A DNA stretch of 62,048 nt, counting the filler, from Vannella sp. (taxonomy: Eukaryota), in NCBI GenBank assembly GCA_023345925.1. It is 5 parts of 5 records of this genome, joined end to end, with 100 filler letters (N's around TTAATTAATTAA, not from the genome) between each part and the next. Parts side by side here need not be neighbours in the genome. Positions count along the whole stretch, not along the records: positions 31,000 to 41,294 come from JAJQQN010000526.1; positions 41,395 to 51,480 come from JAJQQN010000198.1; 3 more parts are not named here. One strand, written 5' to 3'. Under the pieces are notes generated by a model, which was given only the letters and a program-made list of their open reading frames with translations, was not told the DNA's origin and searched no databases. Position numbers and translations under genes: made by a program. This document shows positions 32,909 through 45,000 of the stretch, in pieces. Position 1 is the first letter of the stretch, and every line of letters begins with the position of its first letter.

Positions 32909-33008
32909 GTGACCCAGCCGATGCTCCAACACAAATGAAAATCTTCAATCCTCGCAATCCAGTTTTTGCGAGTTTATTGGCCACCAATTACGCTTTATGC
33001 ACACTAAA

Positions 33009-34197
33009 ATGGCATTTGCTGGAGCGCCCGCGATGAGCGGCTCCTGGAGCACCAACTGGGGGGACGGGAAACTTATTGTTTGGGGCTCCACTAACTTCAT
33101 CTTAGCGGTGGTGTTCTTGTTAATGGCAGTGGTATGCTGGTTTCAGATCCTCCGCTTCCTTTGGAACCGACACCGCAAGTTCTCCTACCAAATGGGCTTC
33201 CTTCTCTTTGTGTTCGTTTGGACAAGCTGCCGCTTCTTATTCTTCTTACTTGTAGAGGACTGGTCAGCTTTGACAGCGGTTGTGTTGCAGTGGATCCCCA
33301 TTCTCATCCAGTTCTCCACGTTTTCTCTTCTCGTGGTCTATTACATCCAACAACTCCACCGAGACGCATGGCCGCGCGTGATGAAGATCACTGTCTTCAT
33401 CTATGTCACGGTCAATCTTCTCTTCTTGACCTCGCTGCTCACGTACTGGATTTTGGTGTTCCAATACAACAACATCGGCGAGGAACAACCAAAGTGGCTG
33501 GGTACATGTGCTCTCGTGCTCTCTGGGACTGTATTCCTCGTTCTCGTGCTCGTCCTTGGCTATTATGCCTTCCAAGTCTTCCGCCAAGTCCAAAAGGGAG
33601 AAATTGCGGTTCGTCTCGCTGCCCCCTTTCCCTGGAGGCATGTTCCTCACATCAGGGTGGGTTTAGGTCCCCTTCCAACTTAAAGGTGCATCCAACAATC
33701 TCATCCTGGCTGCCAGCTTCTTCATTGTGATCATCTACTCCACTAGATCCGTGTACGACTACGTGGCAGCCTTTGGGATGTTCAGCTTATCCATCGAAAG
33801 TGGATTCGCTTCGCCTGACATCATCGTGTTGTGTCTTTACACCTGGTGGGAAGTCATCCCAGCCACCATCTTGCTTGTGCTCTTCTGGAGTGTTGGTAAG
33901 ACGCACAAGACGATAACAATCGGCAGTGTGGCTGCCCCCAAGCATGATGACGACTTTGTGATGGAAGGTGAGGGAAAGAGCATCCAAGAGGAACCTGAGA
34001 GAACTTTCTGACCGGCTGGGTTAGGAGAGGGGACTGGCTTCTTCAGTAATGACTTCCGTTATGATTCAGATGAGGAAAAATCCAGCCTTTTGGGGAGGGG
34101 CTCTTTTCTGAGTTCCTCCGCGTCGTTCCATACCCCTTACGCCACCTCTCCCTCCACCGGCGCTGGTTTGGTCAACTCTTCCTTAGTAGGAGACTGA
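33009..34197 (+). CDS. GPR137/TM7SF1 (THH1/TOM1-like) 7TM protein; spliced
   Basis: About seven hydrophobic helices; IPILIQFSTFSLLVVYY, WEVIPATILLVLF, tail FSNDFRYDSDEEKSSLL. Confidence 0.8.
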
Positions 34198-34364
34198 TAG
34201 TCTTCTTCTGGCACCCCCAGACCATCCATCCTCGGCCTCCTTGATGTACTATAAAGAGAACTCTCCAAATGGTTGCAGAGCCCTCCTTCTTTATGGGGGT
34301 GACGCGGCGCGTATGTTACAGGATGATACAAAGGGGTACCCAAAGGGGCAGTAGCAGAGGACGC

Positions 34365-34678
34365 TTAGTCCCGATACAGATCCTTGAGACGCCCTTCGTG
34401 ATCGACTCCGTTCCCAGTGAAGTCTCGGATGAACTTCACGATCACGAAGAGAACAGCGAGGACAATGGGAAGCACCAACTAAAGGCAGAAGTTAGCGCTA
34501 TTCTGAGTGTGTGGGGATGAGAGAAGGGGAAGCCTACAATGGAGGGGAGGCCAGAGTAACTTTGAGTGAGGCGGAATAGAAGGAAGATCAAGCCAAACAC
34601 GATGAAGAACGGCGAGAAGGCTAATACAATGTTGATAGCCAATCCCAAGGCATTCTTTACCGACTGGACAGTACTCAT
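34365..34678 (-). CDS. Small two-TM hypothetical protein (one intron)
   Basis: MSTVQ...PFFIVFGLIFLLF...PSI|LVLPIVLAVLFVIVKFIRDF...LYRD*; intron GTAGGC...GCTAAC...TTTAG. Confidence 0.55.
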
Positions 34679-34843
34679 CGTCCTCGCTCACTTCAACGAA
34701 TGCCTCCGCCCGCCAATCAGAAGAGCGCATTCTGCTTTGGCTTTTCAAGTCCAGTTTCATAATTGCGCCCGTTATCCTTCTGATTATTAGATGAATGCTC
34801 CAAATTCAACACTTCTTGGTGGTCTCGGGCCGGAAGGCTCAGC

Positions 34844-37347
34844 ATGGAGATGATCACCACCGACTTTCCGGACGATTTGGATCAGCAGGAGCTCTCTACT
34901 GTTCGGTCTGGCGTGTCAGATGGCAACCGGTTGAATCCTGAGTTGCTTGTTCGCTTGGCGGACCAGCTGGCCCACCAAAAGAACTACCTTCAAGCCAGCT
35001 CGGCCTTGGTCTCACGTCGCGATTGGCACACACTCAGGGCGTGGAAGTCTCTTATCACCAGAGAGCAGCTCCCTCTCATTACACAGTGAGTTCACTGCCC
35101 TTCTGCTCTTGTGTCTCACCCTTTCGGTCAGACTGCTCAAGTATCCTTTATTCTTTGACTACGCGTCCTTCCTCCTGGGACTGTAAGAGTCTAGTGGAAC
35201 CCTCCCCGCGCCTAACTTGCCACACAGGAACACCAAAAGGTTTGTTGATTACTTGCAGATTCGCGCTCCCACTCGAGGAGAGGTGGACGAAGTGGCTCGT
35301 TGGCAAGTTCTGCAACTCTCTGTGGCCTCCTCTCGATCAATTGATGATGCCACAGGTGGGAGTTTCGTGGTAAGGGACCATCACGCCCGCAGAGCCTTTC
35401 TGATGGGCGCAAAAGGGGTACAATGTCATCTGCGAACTTAAAGCTGATGCCACTGAGGTTGAGAACGATGCAGCGGAGACTCGATCACGTACCTGGGTTG
35501 CCTGTAAGCGATTCAGTGAGTTCAAGAGGCTCCACAACTTGGTCAAGGGCATCAACAAAAGCCTATCGCGGATCAAGTTTCCTGGGCGCACCTTGGCCAA
35601 GAGTGACACCAGCGGCAGGGTTGTTGCTCAACGCCAAAACGCCCTCAACGGCTATCTACAGGGGGTCATGGCATGGGTTAGACAGGAAAGCCCTTGGATT
35701 AACTCTGGCACCGTTTCTCGGGAATGGATTCGCTGTACTGAAGCTTTAGAGGAGTTTCTCAGCCTTTCTGATATGGCTCCTTCATATCCCAAGGTCGGGG
35801 GTGCGCCGATAGTGGACATTGACAACAGTCTTCACCCATCTCTTCGGTCAGAGGATTGGCTTTCCGATTTGCAGACAGGAAATCAGACCGAGTTGTTCCT
35901 GTCCCACACTCGGACATCCTTGCAAGCCTTTGCATTCCTCTTCGATGTGGGGTGTCCCCTCTCTGTAGTAGATCTTGTTGGTGTCCAGTCTAACAGCGAA
36001 GAGCTGGAGTCTTTCCTTGACTCTTTGGGCACTTCGCTATCATTGCGCCAAATCTTTCTTAGCAAGATCTCAACAGGGGATGGTCCTGGAGCTTTGGCTG
36101 TCCAACAACTGATCAACTTGGTCGGGAGGAGCGGGAATAGGATTCAATTACTTCATCTATCTGGGTGGGAGATGGGAGAGAAACTTCTACCCTTTGCTAC
36201 TGCCTTGACGAGGTCTTCTTATCTCCAAGTACTGGATCTCAGTCATTGCAACATCAAGGACATCCAAACAGGAATGGTGGAGCTCTGCTACTTTCTTCGT
36301 AGTGCAGACCTACGAGAACTTTATCTCGACGAAAATCCTTTTGGAGATGACGGTGCCAAATTACTGTCTGTTGCTTTGCGACATAACCCAGTGTTAGAGA
36401 CTCTTTCTGTCAAGTTCTGTAAGATCACCCCCTTTGGAATGACGAAGTTGTTGCAATCGCTCGATCCCTCTTCAGCAAGAGATGGTGCTTCTGATGCTTC
36501 CTCTTCTTGCAATAGTAATTTGCTGCGCTTGTACTTAACAGACATGAGTATGGAGACGGAAGATTTTGAGGTGGTTCGCGATTTGGCTATTCAGTGTTCT
36601 TCAACATTAGAGAACAACTCTTCCCTTCAAGTTCTTGATCTTTCAGGACATTACTTTGACACGGAGGCAGGTTTGGCTATCATGCGCTCTTTGCAAAGCA
36701 ACTTGACACTGAAGAAACTGATTCTGTCCTACTCGAAGAGAAACTGGAATTCAGACGACATCTTCTTGGAGTTCTTCCAGTCCAACCAAGGTGTTAGTTC
36801 GCTTCATCTGCGCAATCCAATGGCAACCAAGAGCACATCAGCAGAAATGAGTGAAGCCTTGGGACATCTTAAATACTCCATACCCAACGATGAAATCTTG
36901 AAGGAGCTTTTTACTTGGAACATGGCCCCTGAAATGTTTGCTTTACTCTGCAAAAGCCTCACCACCAATTCCTCTCTTGCGGTTTTGGACCTCCAGTCCA
37001 ACATTTTAGTTCCTGAAGCCGCAAATTATCTGAATGGACTTCTTATGAGTCATGGCTCAGGGCTCCAGGAGCTCCTTGTACGGGTGAATCCGGATGCTGA
37101 GTTGGACGATTTCTTCTTAGCACTGGCGGGGAGCTCTCTGAAGGCTTTATCTTTGTCCAATCTTTCTCGTGTTCAAGGTGAACTTTTTGTTCATACCCTG
37201 AGTACCTCACGTCGCCCAACGTGTTCCTTCGAAAGGATTTCTTTGAGCTTTGGGAATGGAGCTGTCCATTGTGATTTGTGGGAGCAATTAGATCTGATCC
37301 TCCACCCCATCGCCCCACCATCCACCAGAGGACATCTTTTTTCTTAA
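34844..37347 (+). CDS. PX-domain plus RI-like leucine-rich-repeat protein, possible N-terminal F-box; spliced
   Basis: KRFSEFKRLH...FPGR...QRQNALNGYLQ (PX); LQVLDLSHCNI, LRELYLDENPFGDDGAKLL, LQVLDLSG (LRR). Confidence 0.78.
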
Positions 37348-37376
37348 TAAACAGATTGCACAAAGCACTGAAACGT

Positions 37377-39712
37377 TTACTCTTGTTTTGAAGCGTCTGT
37401 GGGTGCTTCCTCTTCAGAGTCAGAGTCGCCAGTCCAAAGTCCTTTGGCGTCGTTTGACTTTGGGGCGAGCATCTCTTCCACTTCCGCTGAAAACTCGCGA
37501 AGTGCAATGGCAAAGTGCTCATCTTCAAGAGGATTACCTGACTGTGATTCTGCATGCTCTGCCAATCGGAGGAGAGTAACACAGTGCGCTCTTTCATTTG
37601 CAACAGCCACTTGCAGAGGCGTTTTGGCCTGGTTGTCCAGGAGGGAGAGTTTGGCACCTCTTCGGATTAAAAGAATCACACAATTGACTTTGTCAAGATA
37701 GGCGCTGTGGTGCAGAGGTGTCCAGCCACTACCATCAGCAAGATCAGGTTGTGCACCGTTTTGCAACAAAAGGTCACAGATTGTGGTTTGACCTTCAGTT
37801 ACTGCGAGATGGAGAGCGGCTAGGTCTAGATTATCCGAGTTTTTCCAGTTGATGTTCACTCCACGGGCAATAAGATCAAGAGTAGCGACAATATCACCCT
37901 CAAGGATTGCTATGGGAAGCATCTTTTCGAGTGTAACTCCGTCTGGTCTTTCAAGAACAGACAGAAATTCTTTTTCAATGTACTTTCGCTTGATCCAAGA
38001 AAGCCGTTCTTCTTGTGTGGATTCTGGTCCCAAATGAGTTTGAGTTTCAGTCATTTGAGCCTCATAAACAGTCTTAGCCACAGCATTTCCAGTTGCTAGG
38101 AGTAGTCTCTGTGACTCACGGTCCCAGGCGTCCAGAGTAGTTGATCTCACTCTAGATATATGTGTTCCCAACTGACGATGAATACCAGAGCAAGAAATGC
38201 AAATGATCACTCCCAGATTGATACTGGACCATGTGGGATCTTGAAATGGTTCAGATCAATGAAATCCGTAAGTTGGAAGGAACTTACTCTCATCACCACA
38301 GTCGGCACACTTACAGTTGGCTGGCTCCAGACGAAGTTCTTGGAGGAAGCTATTTGGAGCAGTTCCGTCTGTTGCAAAGTTGGACGAGCTTTCGTTGGAG
38401 TTTGGTAAATTGTGGTCTAACGCGAAGGCAATCGCATTTTGGATGATTTGGATCCAATTGAAGAGGATCTCTTCGTTCTCAGCTTGGAAAACAAACTTCT
38501 CGTTTGGTGAAACCACTTCAAAGCAAAATCGGCGGTGCACTTCACGCGCTGGGCGAACTGTCGAGACTAAAAGATTGGCTAAAGGACACACAAATCCTTT
38601 GGGTGTCCTTTTCCCAAGAAGTAGTCCATCGCGCACTTCGTAGTAGTCACGGTTCCAACGAGATCCAGTGTAAAAAAACAGATAACCTGCCGTCTCCAAA
38701 CTGACATCCACCTTTCTCCCTTTGTTTTCTGAAGGATCGTGGATCTGATTGGTGGCTGCTAGTTCTACTTTTTTGGTCTCAATTGCTTGACTCTGCAAAG
38801 TTACGAGATTTTGGGTCTGGAGAGCTTGAGAGTGAGACTTCTCTCCCCTGAGAGGAGGTTCAACTAACCTCCATGATTTGTTGAGAGAGTAGTGAGAGAT
38901 TCGCATCCATCCCTTGATGTAAATGGATACCTAATGTGAATAGTAAGGGTAAAATGATCAGGTTAGGAGTAATCTCCCTCACCTTGCGAAAAAAAGGCTT
39001 TCTCAGAGTAAAGGAAAGCTGCTGCGCGCTCTATCACCTGAAGTTTCGATTCTGCTTCAAGTCTTGCCATCATTGATACCATCTCCAGACTCTTCTCTTG
39101 ATAGGCTCTTCGAGAAAGCATCAATTCTGCTTCTGCCTCCGGGATGCGGTCGAAATCGTTCTTCCTCGTTTGACCAAACTTGATGACGGAAGAGTCATAG
39201 CGTTGGCGAGAGCGGTGGTACTTTTTGGCCAGTTCTTTACTCTCCAGCAAGTCCCCGCTGGCAAATTGTTGGAGCGGTTGGATGAAGACGTTTCCCATCT
39301 GCACCATGAGCATGCTCTGGTAATCGTTGATGTCTAGAATCGTTTGCCCCAGGGATTTGGCCAAGGAGGGCAGGGCTGCGTCGCCAGGTAGCCCTTCGTA
39401 ATCAAAGGCGCTGAGATGGCGCCCAAACGTATGAGCAGCTTCTTTGAAAGCTTCTCCCGCCTTCTGGTAAGCCTGGGAGACCTTGATCAGATCTTGTAAG
39501 CTTTGTGCTGAGTGTTGGAGGCGTTTCTCGAGATCAGCAACGCGCTCTCTCGAAGATGGGCTGTCCTCCAGCACCTCTTCCAGGGAAACCCCCAGTTTCG
39601 TCTCCTCCGAGACCCCTTTCACACTCGCTTGTATCGTATTCACCAAAGTAGGGCTGGTGGGAGCATCCACACGCCTGGAAGGAGACGCCCTTCCACCAAA
39701 CAGCCAACTCAT
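37377..39712 (-). CDS. ACAP/centaurin-beta (BAR-PH-ArfGAP-ankyrin); spliced
   Basis: EDSPSSR BAR start; RRFCFEVVSP..FVFQAENE (PH); CADCG...CISCSGIHRQLGTHISRVRSTTLDAW; ankyrin GWTPLH. Confidence 0.92.
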
Positions 39713-39957
39713 TAGCGAGAGGTGGAGGGAAATGCCCTTTTTGTGTGACGTTTCTGCACCATCTCCCGTTCATTGGATCCCGGTGTTTCGCACCAGGAGC
39801 TTTTCTGTTTCCTTTTCAAGATGGAGACAAGTCACGAGCAGCGAGGGCATTTATTTCCCCTCGGACCCCGATGATCTGTTCTGTTGGATGATGGGATTTC
39901 AAATCGTTGAAATTCTAGGCAGTTTTCCCCCTCATTTTCCCCCATTCATTGTCAGGG

Positions 39958-41034
39958 ATGCCTTTGGGCCACCACACGCTCCTCCTCTCCCTTGAAGGGG
40001 GCCTTTTGGCTTTTGGGTGGAATAGCGAGGGCCAACTCGGTCTCGGTCACAAGAACGAGCAATTGCAGCCTGCAATAGTCCCCTGGAATAGCCAGAAGCC
40101 GGTTCAGGTGGACTGGGGATGGCAACACTCCCTCGTTCTTGATGCGGAGGGTGGTGTGTGGGAGGCTGGTCTCTCCCGATCCTCTCCTTCCTCTTCCACA
40201 TTTCAGCGAGTGACTGAACTACCCTGTATCGCTTTGGTAGCTGCTGGTGAATCTCACAGTGCCGCTATCGACGACAAAGGCGGCCTTTGGGTGTGGACGA
40301 ACGAGACCGATCTGTCTTGGGCGCATTCTCTTCCCCAACGAGTAGAAGGCATCCCGCCACTCATCACGGTGGCTTGTGGCTGTAATTTCCTCGTGGCAGA
40401 GACTGAAGAGGGCCTCTGGGTATTGGGCAACAACTCCAAAGGGCAACTGGGCCTCGGCCACACCAACAGCGCTCTCCAACCGACCCTTGCTAAGGTGGAA
40501 GACCGTTCTGGGGGACCTTTTCGATGCCTGGCTGCCTTCAGTGAAGGATTGATTCTCATCGACTCGCAAGGAGGCGTCTTCTCTGCTGGAAACAACTCCG
40601 ATGGCCAATTGGGGCGCTCTTCTGGGGATGATTCAAAGCTTCAGCGAATCAGAAACGTCCCTCCCATGCTTGTAGTCTCCTGTGGATGGTATCACTCTCT
40701 CTCTCAAGATGAGAATGGTAGCGTTTGGATCTGGGGAAACGGGGGATGTGGGCAATTGGGGACGGGCAACACTTCTCATCATTCCCACCCCACTCAAGTA
40801 CATTCATTACAAGGTATGAGCGCCCTAGTTGCAGGTTGCTGCCATTCTTTGGCGTTCCCACAGGAAGGTGGCCTGCTGGTTTTCGGACACAACGGATTCA
40901 AACAACTTGGACTCAACTACACGAACTATCAAACGAATCCAACCCTATCTGATGTTAAGCCCGCTCTCCCTTTTGTGGCCACCCGCAGAAGAAAGAAGAG
41001 TGCCGCTTCCTTTGGCGCACTCCCGCATCTTTAG
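39958..41034 (+). CDS. RCC1-repeat beta-propeller protein
   Basis: Repeated G.N..GQLGLG and VA(A/C)G..HS; basic tail RRRKKS. Confidence 0.88.
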   Translation: MPLGHHTLLLSLEGGLLAFGWNSEGQLGLGHKNEQLQPAIVPWNSQKPVQVDWGWQHSLVLDAEGGVWEAGLSRSSPSSSTFQRVTELPCIALVAAGESHSAAIDDKGGLWVWTNETDLSWAHSLPQRVEGIPPLITVACGCNFLVAETEEGLWVLGNNSKGQLGLGHTNSALQPTLAKVEDRSGGPFRCLAAFSEGLILIDSQGGVFSAGNNSDGQLGRSSGDDSKLQRIRNVPPMLVVSCGWYHSLSQDENGSVWIWGNGGCGQLGTGNTSHHSHPTQVHSLQGMSALVAGCCHSLAFPQEGGLLVFGHNGFKQLGLNYTNYQTNPTLSDVKPALPFVATRRRKKSAASFGALPHL

Positions 41035-41294
41035 AGCGCTTGCCATATCGAAGGGATGCCTCGAACACTAAATAAACTCCGCAAGAACCATCCTGGTGAA
41101 TTCTCTCTTCGCTCTCATCCGCCTCTCTGGAGACTTGCAAGCGACTTGACGCACTAGGGTAAAAAACGTCGTTAGGGCAAGCGTACAGGTTTTAGAGGTT
41201 TTAATGTACTCAGGAGAGGTTAAGAGAGGTTAAGAGCTTTCGAGATAACTATTAGGCTATTGCTTCGATGAAATTCATTTTTTCACCATTATAT

Positions 41295-41394
41295 NNNNNN
41301 NNNNNNNNNNNNNNNNNNNNNNNNNNNNNNNNNNNNNNTTAATTAATTAANNNNNNNNNNNNNNNNNNNNNNNNNNNNNNNNNNNNNNNNNNNN
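41295..41394. other. Artificial contig spacer
   Basis: N44-TTAATTAATTAA-N44. Confidence 0.98.
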
Positions 41395-42022
41395 TTGAAG
41401 AAGAAGTCACTTTTGAGCTGATATCTGGAGATAGCAGGCAAGCCCTTTCCATTTGTCATTAAGGTTGTAAAGCTGTCTCACTTCCTCTTACAGTCAGGTT
41501 GAGGGATCTTTTGTCTTGTCGAGAAGGGAAACTTGAGGATGATGGATCTTTGCTCAACATGGAGAAGAGAGGTTGACATCACAATCTTTCAGAACGAACG
41601 CACCCTTTGCAAGAAGGTTTTCGCTTTCTTTCTGCAAGAGAAAACGGTGACAAGTTTGGCCAAGGTCAGTTCTTCTCAAGCTGGGTCTAAGAGCATGGTG
41701 AAGCTGGAACGGACTTTCAATGCACTTCTTTATTGTCCAGCCTTGGAAGGGGATTCAAAAGGGATTCTTTGGAGGCTTTGTTCATCGGAGATCTTGAGAT
41801 GTTCTTTTTTCAACTTTTTCAGCTGCTGGTGGATCAGAATGGCAGAGACTCTGCTGATTCCGAATGTCTGGCAGAGAGTCGCAGGACCCATGAGCATCAA
41901 ATGGCCCACAAGGGCTCGCAGTTCAAGAACTCGATCTGTAGGGCATGTATCTATGGATGAAAGAGTGTATTATGCAAATGGGAAGTGGTGAAGGACGAGT
42001 GTTCCAAGGCAAGGCTTTCAGA

Positions 42023-45000
42023 TCAAAGGGAAGTTCCCGTTTTCATTCTTGCGTCGATGGCGGAGTTCAGACGACGGACTTGCCAGCGAGCGCGGAATTC
42101 GACGACAACCACGGAAAGCGCAACGATCAAGACCGCTCCTGCCACCATTCCCAAAGAAATCCAGGCAAGAGTGTTGTCATGACTCACAGAGTGGCAGGGA
42201 TCACTTCCGCTTCCTCCCGCAGCGCCAGACAGAAGAAGAGCAAAGTTGGTGAGATGGTCCGTTTGACCGCAAAGAAGAGAATCCTTTCCAGGGTTGGTCA
42301 GACACTCGTCAACGCACCTCCACTTGGCCTTGCGCTCGTCGAAATAGCTCAGACAGGGAGGGTTTGCTTTGTCGATCTTCGTGTTATTGGGCAGCTCAAG
42401 GCAGATGACCAAGGGAGTGTCCAGCTGGGTGATGGGCTCTCCCTCCGAGTCTGTCAAAGTGATATCCAGAATGGTTCCGCCCAGCTCCTGATTGGAAAAG
42501 GTCTCAGGCACGTTGGTGGAGAATGTGATGACCAAAGTGGTGTTCTCTTCAGTGCTCAATTGAGGGGGGACGAACAAGCTGCCAGCAGACTCCCCATTGG
42601 ATGTGTTGAGCTCCAACAGCACTGGCTTTGGCTTGTCATTATTGCCATCTCCGCCTCCGTTGTTGTTTTCTCCTCCCCCGTTATTGTTATTACCGCCTCC
42701 GTTGTTGTTATCTCCACCTCCGTTGTTGTTTTCTCCGCCTCCGTTGTTGTTGTCGCCTCCGCCGTTGTTATTGTTGTTAACATTATTGATGTTGCCCACA
42801 ACAACCTGGAAGAACTGGCAATCGGTACATTCTGTGGCCAGCTGGCCCAGAACAGACACCAAGGTGACGGTTGGACTGGGAACAATCAGCGGCGTTGGGC
42901 TGCTGCTTGTGACACTGGATTCCATTGGGATAGAATCAGTGCTTGTTGGAGATTCAGAGGCCAAATCCGTGGTCGAGGCACTTAATGACTCCTCTGCGCT
43001 TGGGCTGGAAGATGGCGAAGGTTCCTCACTGGGAGATGGCAAATTGGACTCTGATATGGAAGCAGCAGCACTGGCCGAGAGTGATGGCTGCGTTGAAGCA
43101 CTGCTTGAAAGAGAAACTCTAAGTGAGAGAGATGGCGTATCACTGGGAGAAGGAGTGTTGGAGTCTGAACTGCTGGAAGAAGGAGTATTGGAGTCCGAGC
43201 TGCTTGGGGAAGGAGTGTTGGAGTCCGAATTGGTGGCAGAAGGTGACACTCCGATAGTCAAGCTGGCAGTGACTGAAGGCGAGACAGACTCCGTGGCCGA
43301 CGAGGAAGGAGAGGGCGTTACGCTGGGAGAAGGGGTGCTTGAGTCCGAATTGGTGGAAGAAGGAGACGCTCCGATGGTCAAGCTGGGAGTGACTGAAAGC
43401 GACACAGACTCAGAAGCTGACGAGGAAGGGGTGTTAGAGACCGAGGTGGACTCTGATGGAGTTTGAGAAGGACTGACACTCGGACTTTGGCTCGAAGTGG
43501 GCGTGATAGAAGAGGTCAGTGTGATACTTGGAGAGGGACTGCTTGAGACAGATGGGAGGGACTGCAGAAGCACAGAGAAGTCGCCCTCGCCCACATCGTA
43601 CCCGAAGACGGCCAGAGTCAGAACAGTGTCGCTCTGGAAGTTGCTGGAATACGTCAGACTCGATCCTCTTTGCGGGAGGACATCGTCTTGGGCGACCAGG
43701 CAGCTCAAGTTGCCACAGCTTCCTTCGAATAGCCAAAGGATAGTGTCAAAGGAAGGCGGTGAGGAGGGCAAATCGGTGGTGACCACCAGCGGTCCGTCTC
43801 TGCCTCCTGGGATGGTGATGTTGTAGAACACCACTGGCGAGTTGTGGTTGAGCTGATCGCACTGCGGAAGGGACCTGGAGTTGGTGGTGGAGCTGGTGGT
43901 CCGGCCAGGAGTGACTTGGCCAACAGTCAAAGGTTGAGCAGAGCTGCATTGCGCATTGGCAGCTGGTGGGGCGCTCTCTTTCGCTCGCAAGTGGACTCTT
44001 CCTGACTTTGCATTTGCGCTTCGCACAGCCACCATGAACTCGGTGCCAAATGGCTGCCTGGTGGGTGTGGTCAAGAAGCTGCATCCCTCTGTCTCTTGGA
44101 CCAAATGGCATTCCCAGTTGCCGCCTGTCTTCTTCCAGACAGCCATGAACGTGTCCAAGTCGGTGTCTTGCTCACAAGTGCTGAAGAGAGGCTGGGAGTC
44201 GGTGATGTTGGTGACGAAGTATCCGTACTCCGCGGGCAGGTCCAGCCCCTGCGATCCGCATGGAGGCAGGCCGAAGGTGGAGCTGGTGTTGGTGGATGCC
44301 AGTGGGTTGATGAACAGGGGAAGGACTTTGCCGTTCACCATTCTTTGGGAGAATGGGTTCCTTTGAGCAGGGTCGAACTCTTCCACAGAAAGGGAGAACC
44401 ACTCTGCGAAGGTATCACTGTTGTCGTAAACAAAAGCAAATGCGCTGTAGTAATTGCTCGCTGGAACGGTTAAGAGTGAGTTGACTGCTTGAACAGCAAC
44501 GTAAAGGGTTGTGATGGCCGGGTCCAGCTCAGAGGGGAAGAGCTGCACCTCGCCTCGTCCTAAACACGCGGCATTGTCCGATGCCAAACATGTGATTTGA
44601 TTGTTCTTGACCCCATACACGGCCAACACAGTCTGTCCAGTGGTTTTGGTGTTGCTGCAAGTGCTGAAGAGGAGAGTGCTGTTGAGGTTCTCTCGTGTGA
44701 ATGTGAAGAGCTGAACAGGCTGCAACTCAAACTGCAGACGGCAAATCGGAAGACCAGAGTTCATCAGAAGCTTCTTTCCCATCGCAGAGCCGACGAAAGT
44801 GTCTCCGTTGGCAATGGGAATGGAAGTGGTCAAAGTAGGCAGCTTTGGTGCGATATTACCTTCATAGTAATAGTCGCTAACCAGCTCTTGGACCAAGATA
44901 TAATAAGGAGATGTTGGTGGTGGTGATGAGCCGACGACCACCAAAAGCTCCATTCCCTTCAACAGCTTCTGGGTTGGATTGCCCCTGAAATCTCTTTCGC

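Noticed and set aside
41150..41240. TAGGG/GAGAGGTTAA-like repeats near a contig end, possibly subtelomeric
   Set aside because: Too few and too degenerate
41395..41990. Protein-like minus-strand frame with several stops, and a 152-aa + ORF
   Set aside because: Could be a decayed gene or transposon, but no recognisable motif supports a call
42645..42790. Regular 21-nt repeats that could be taken for a CRISPR array
   Set aside because: No unique spacers, in-frame coding for NNNGGG, no cas genes, eukaryotic context
41945..43466. Long + strand ORFs 41945-42985 and 42597-43466
   Set aside because: Antisense shadows of the low-complexity part of the giant surface-protein gene
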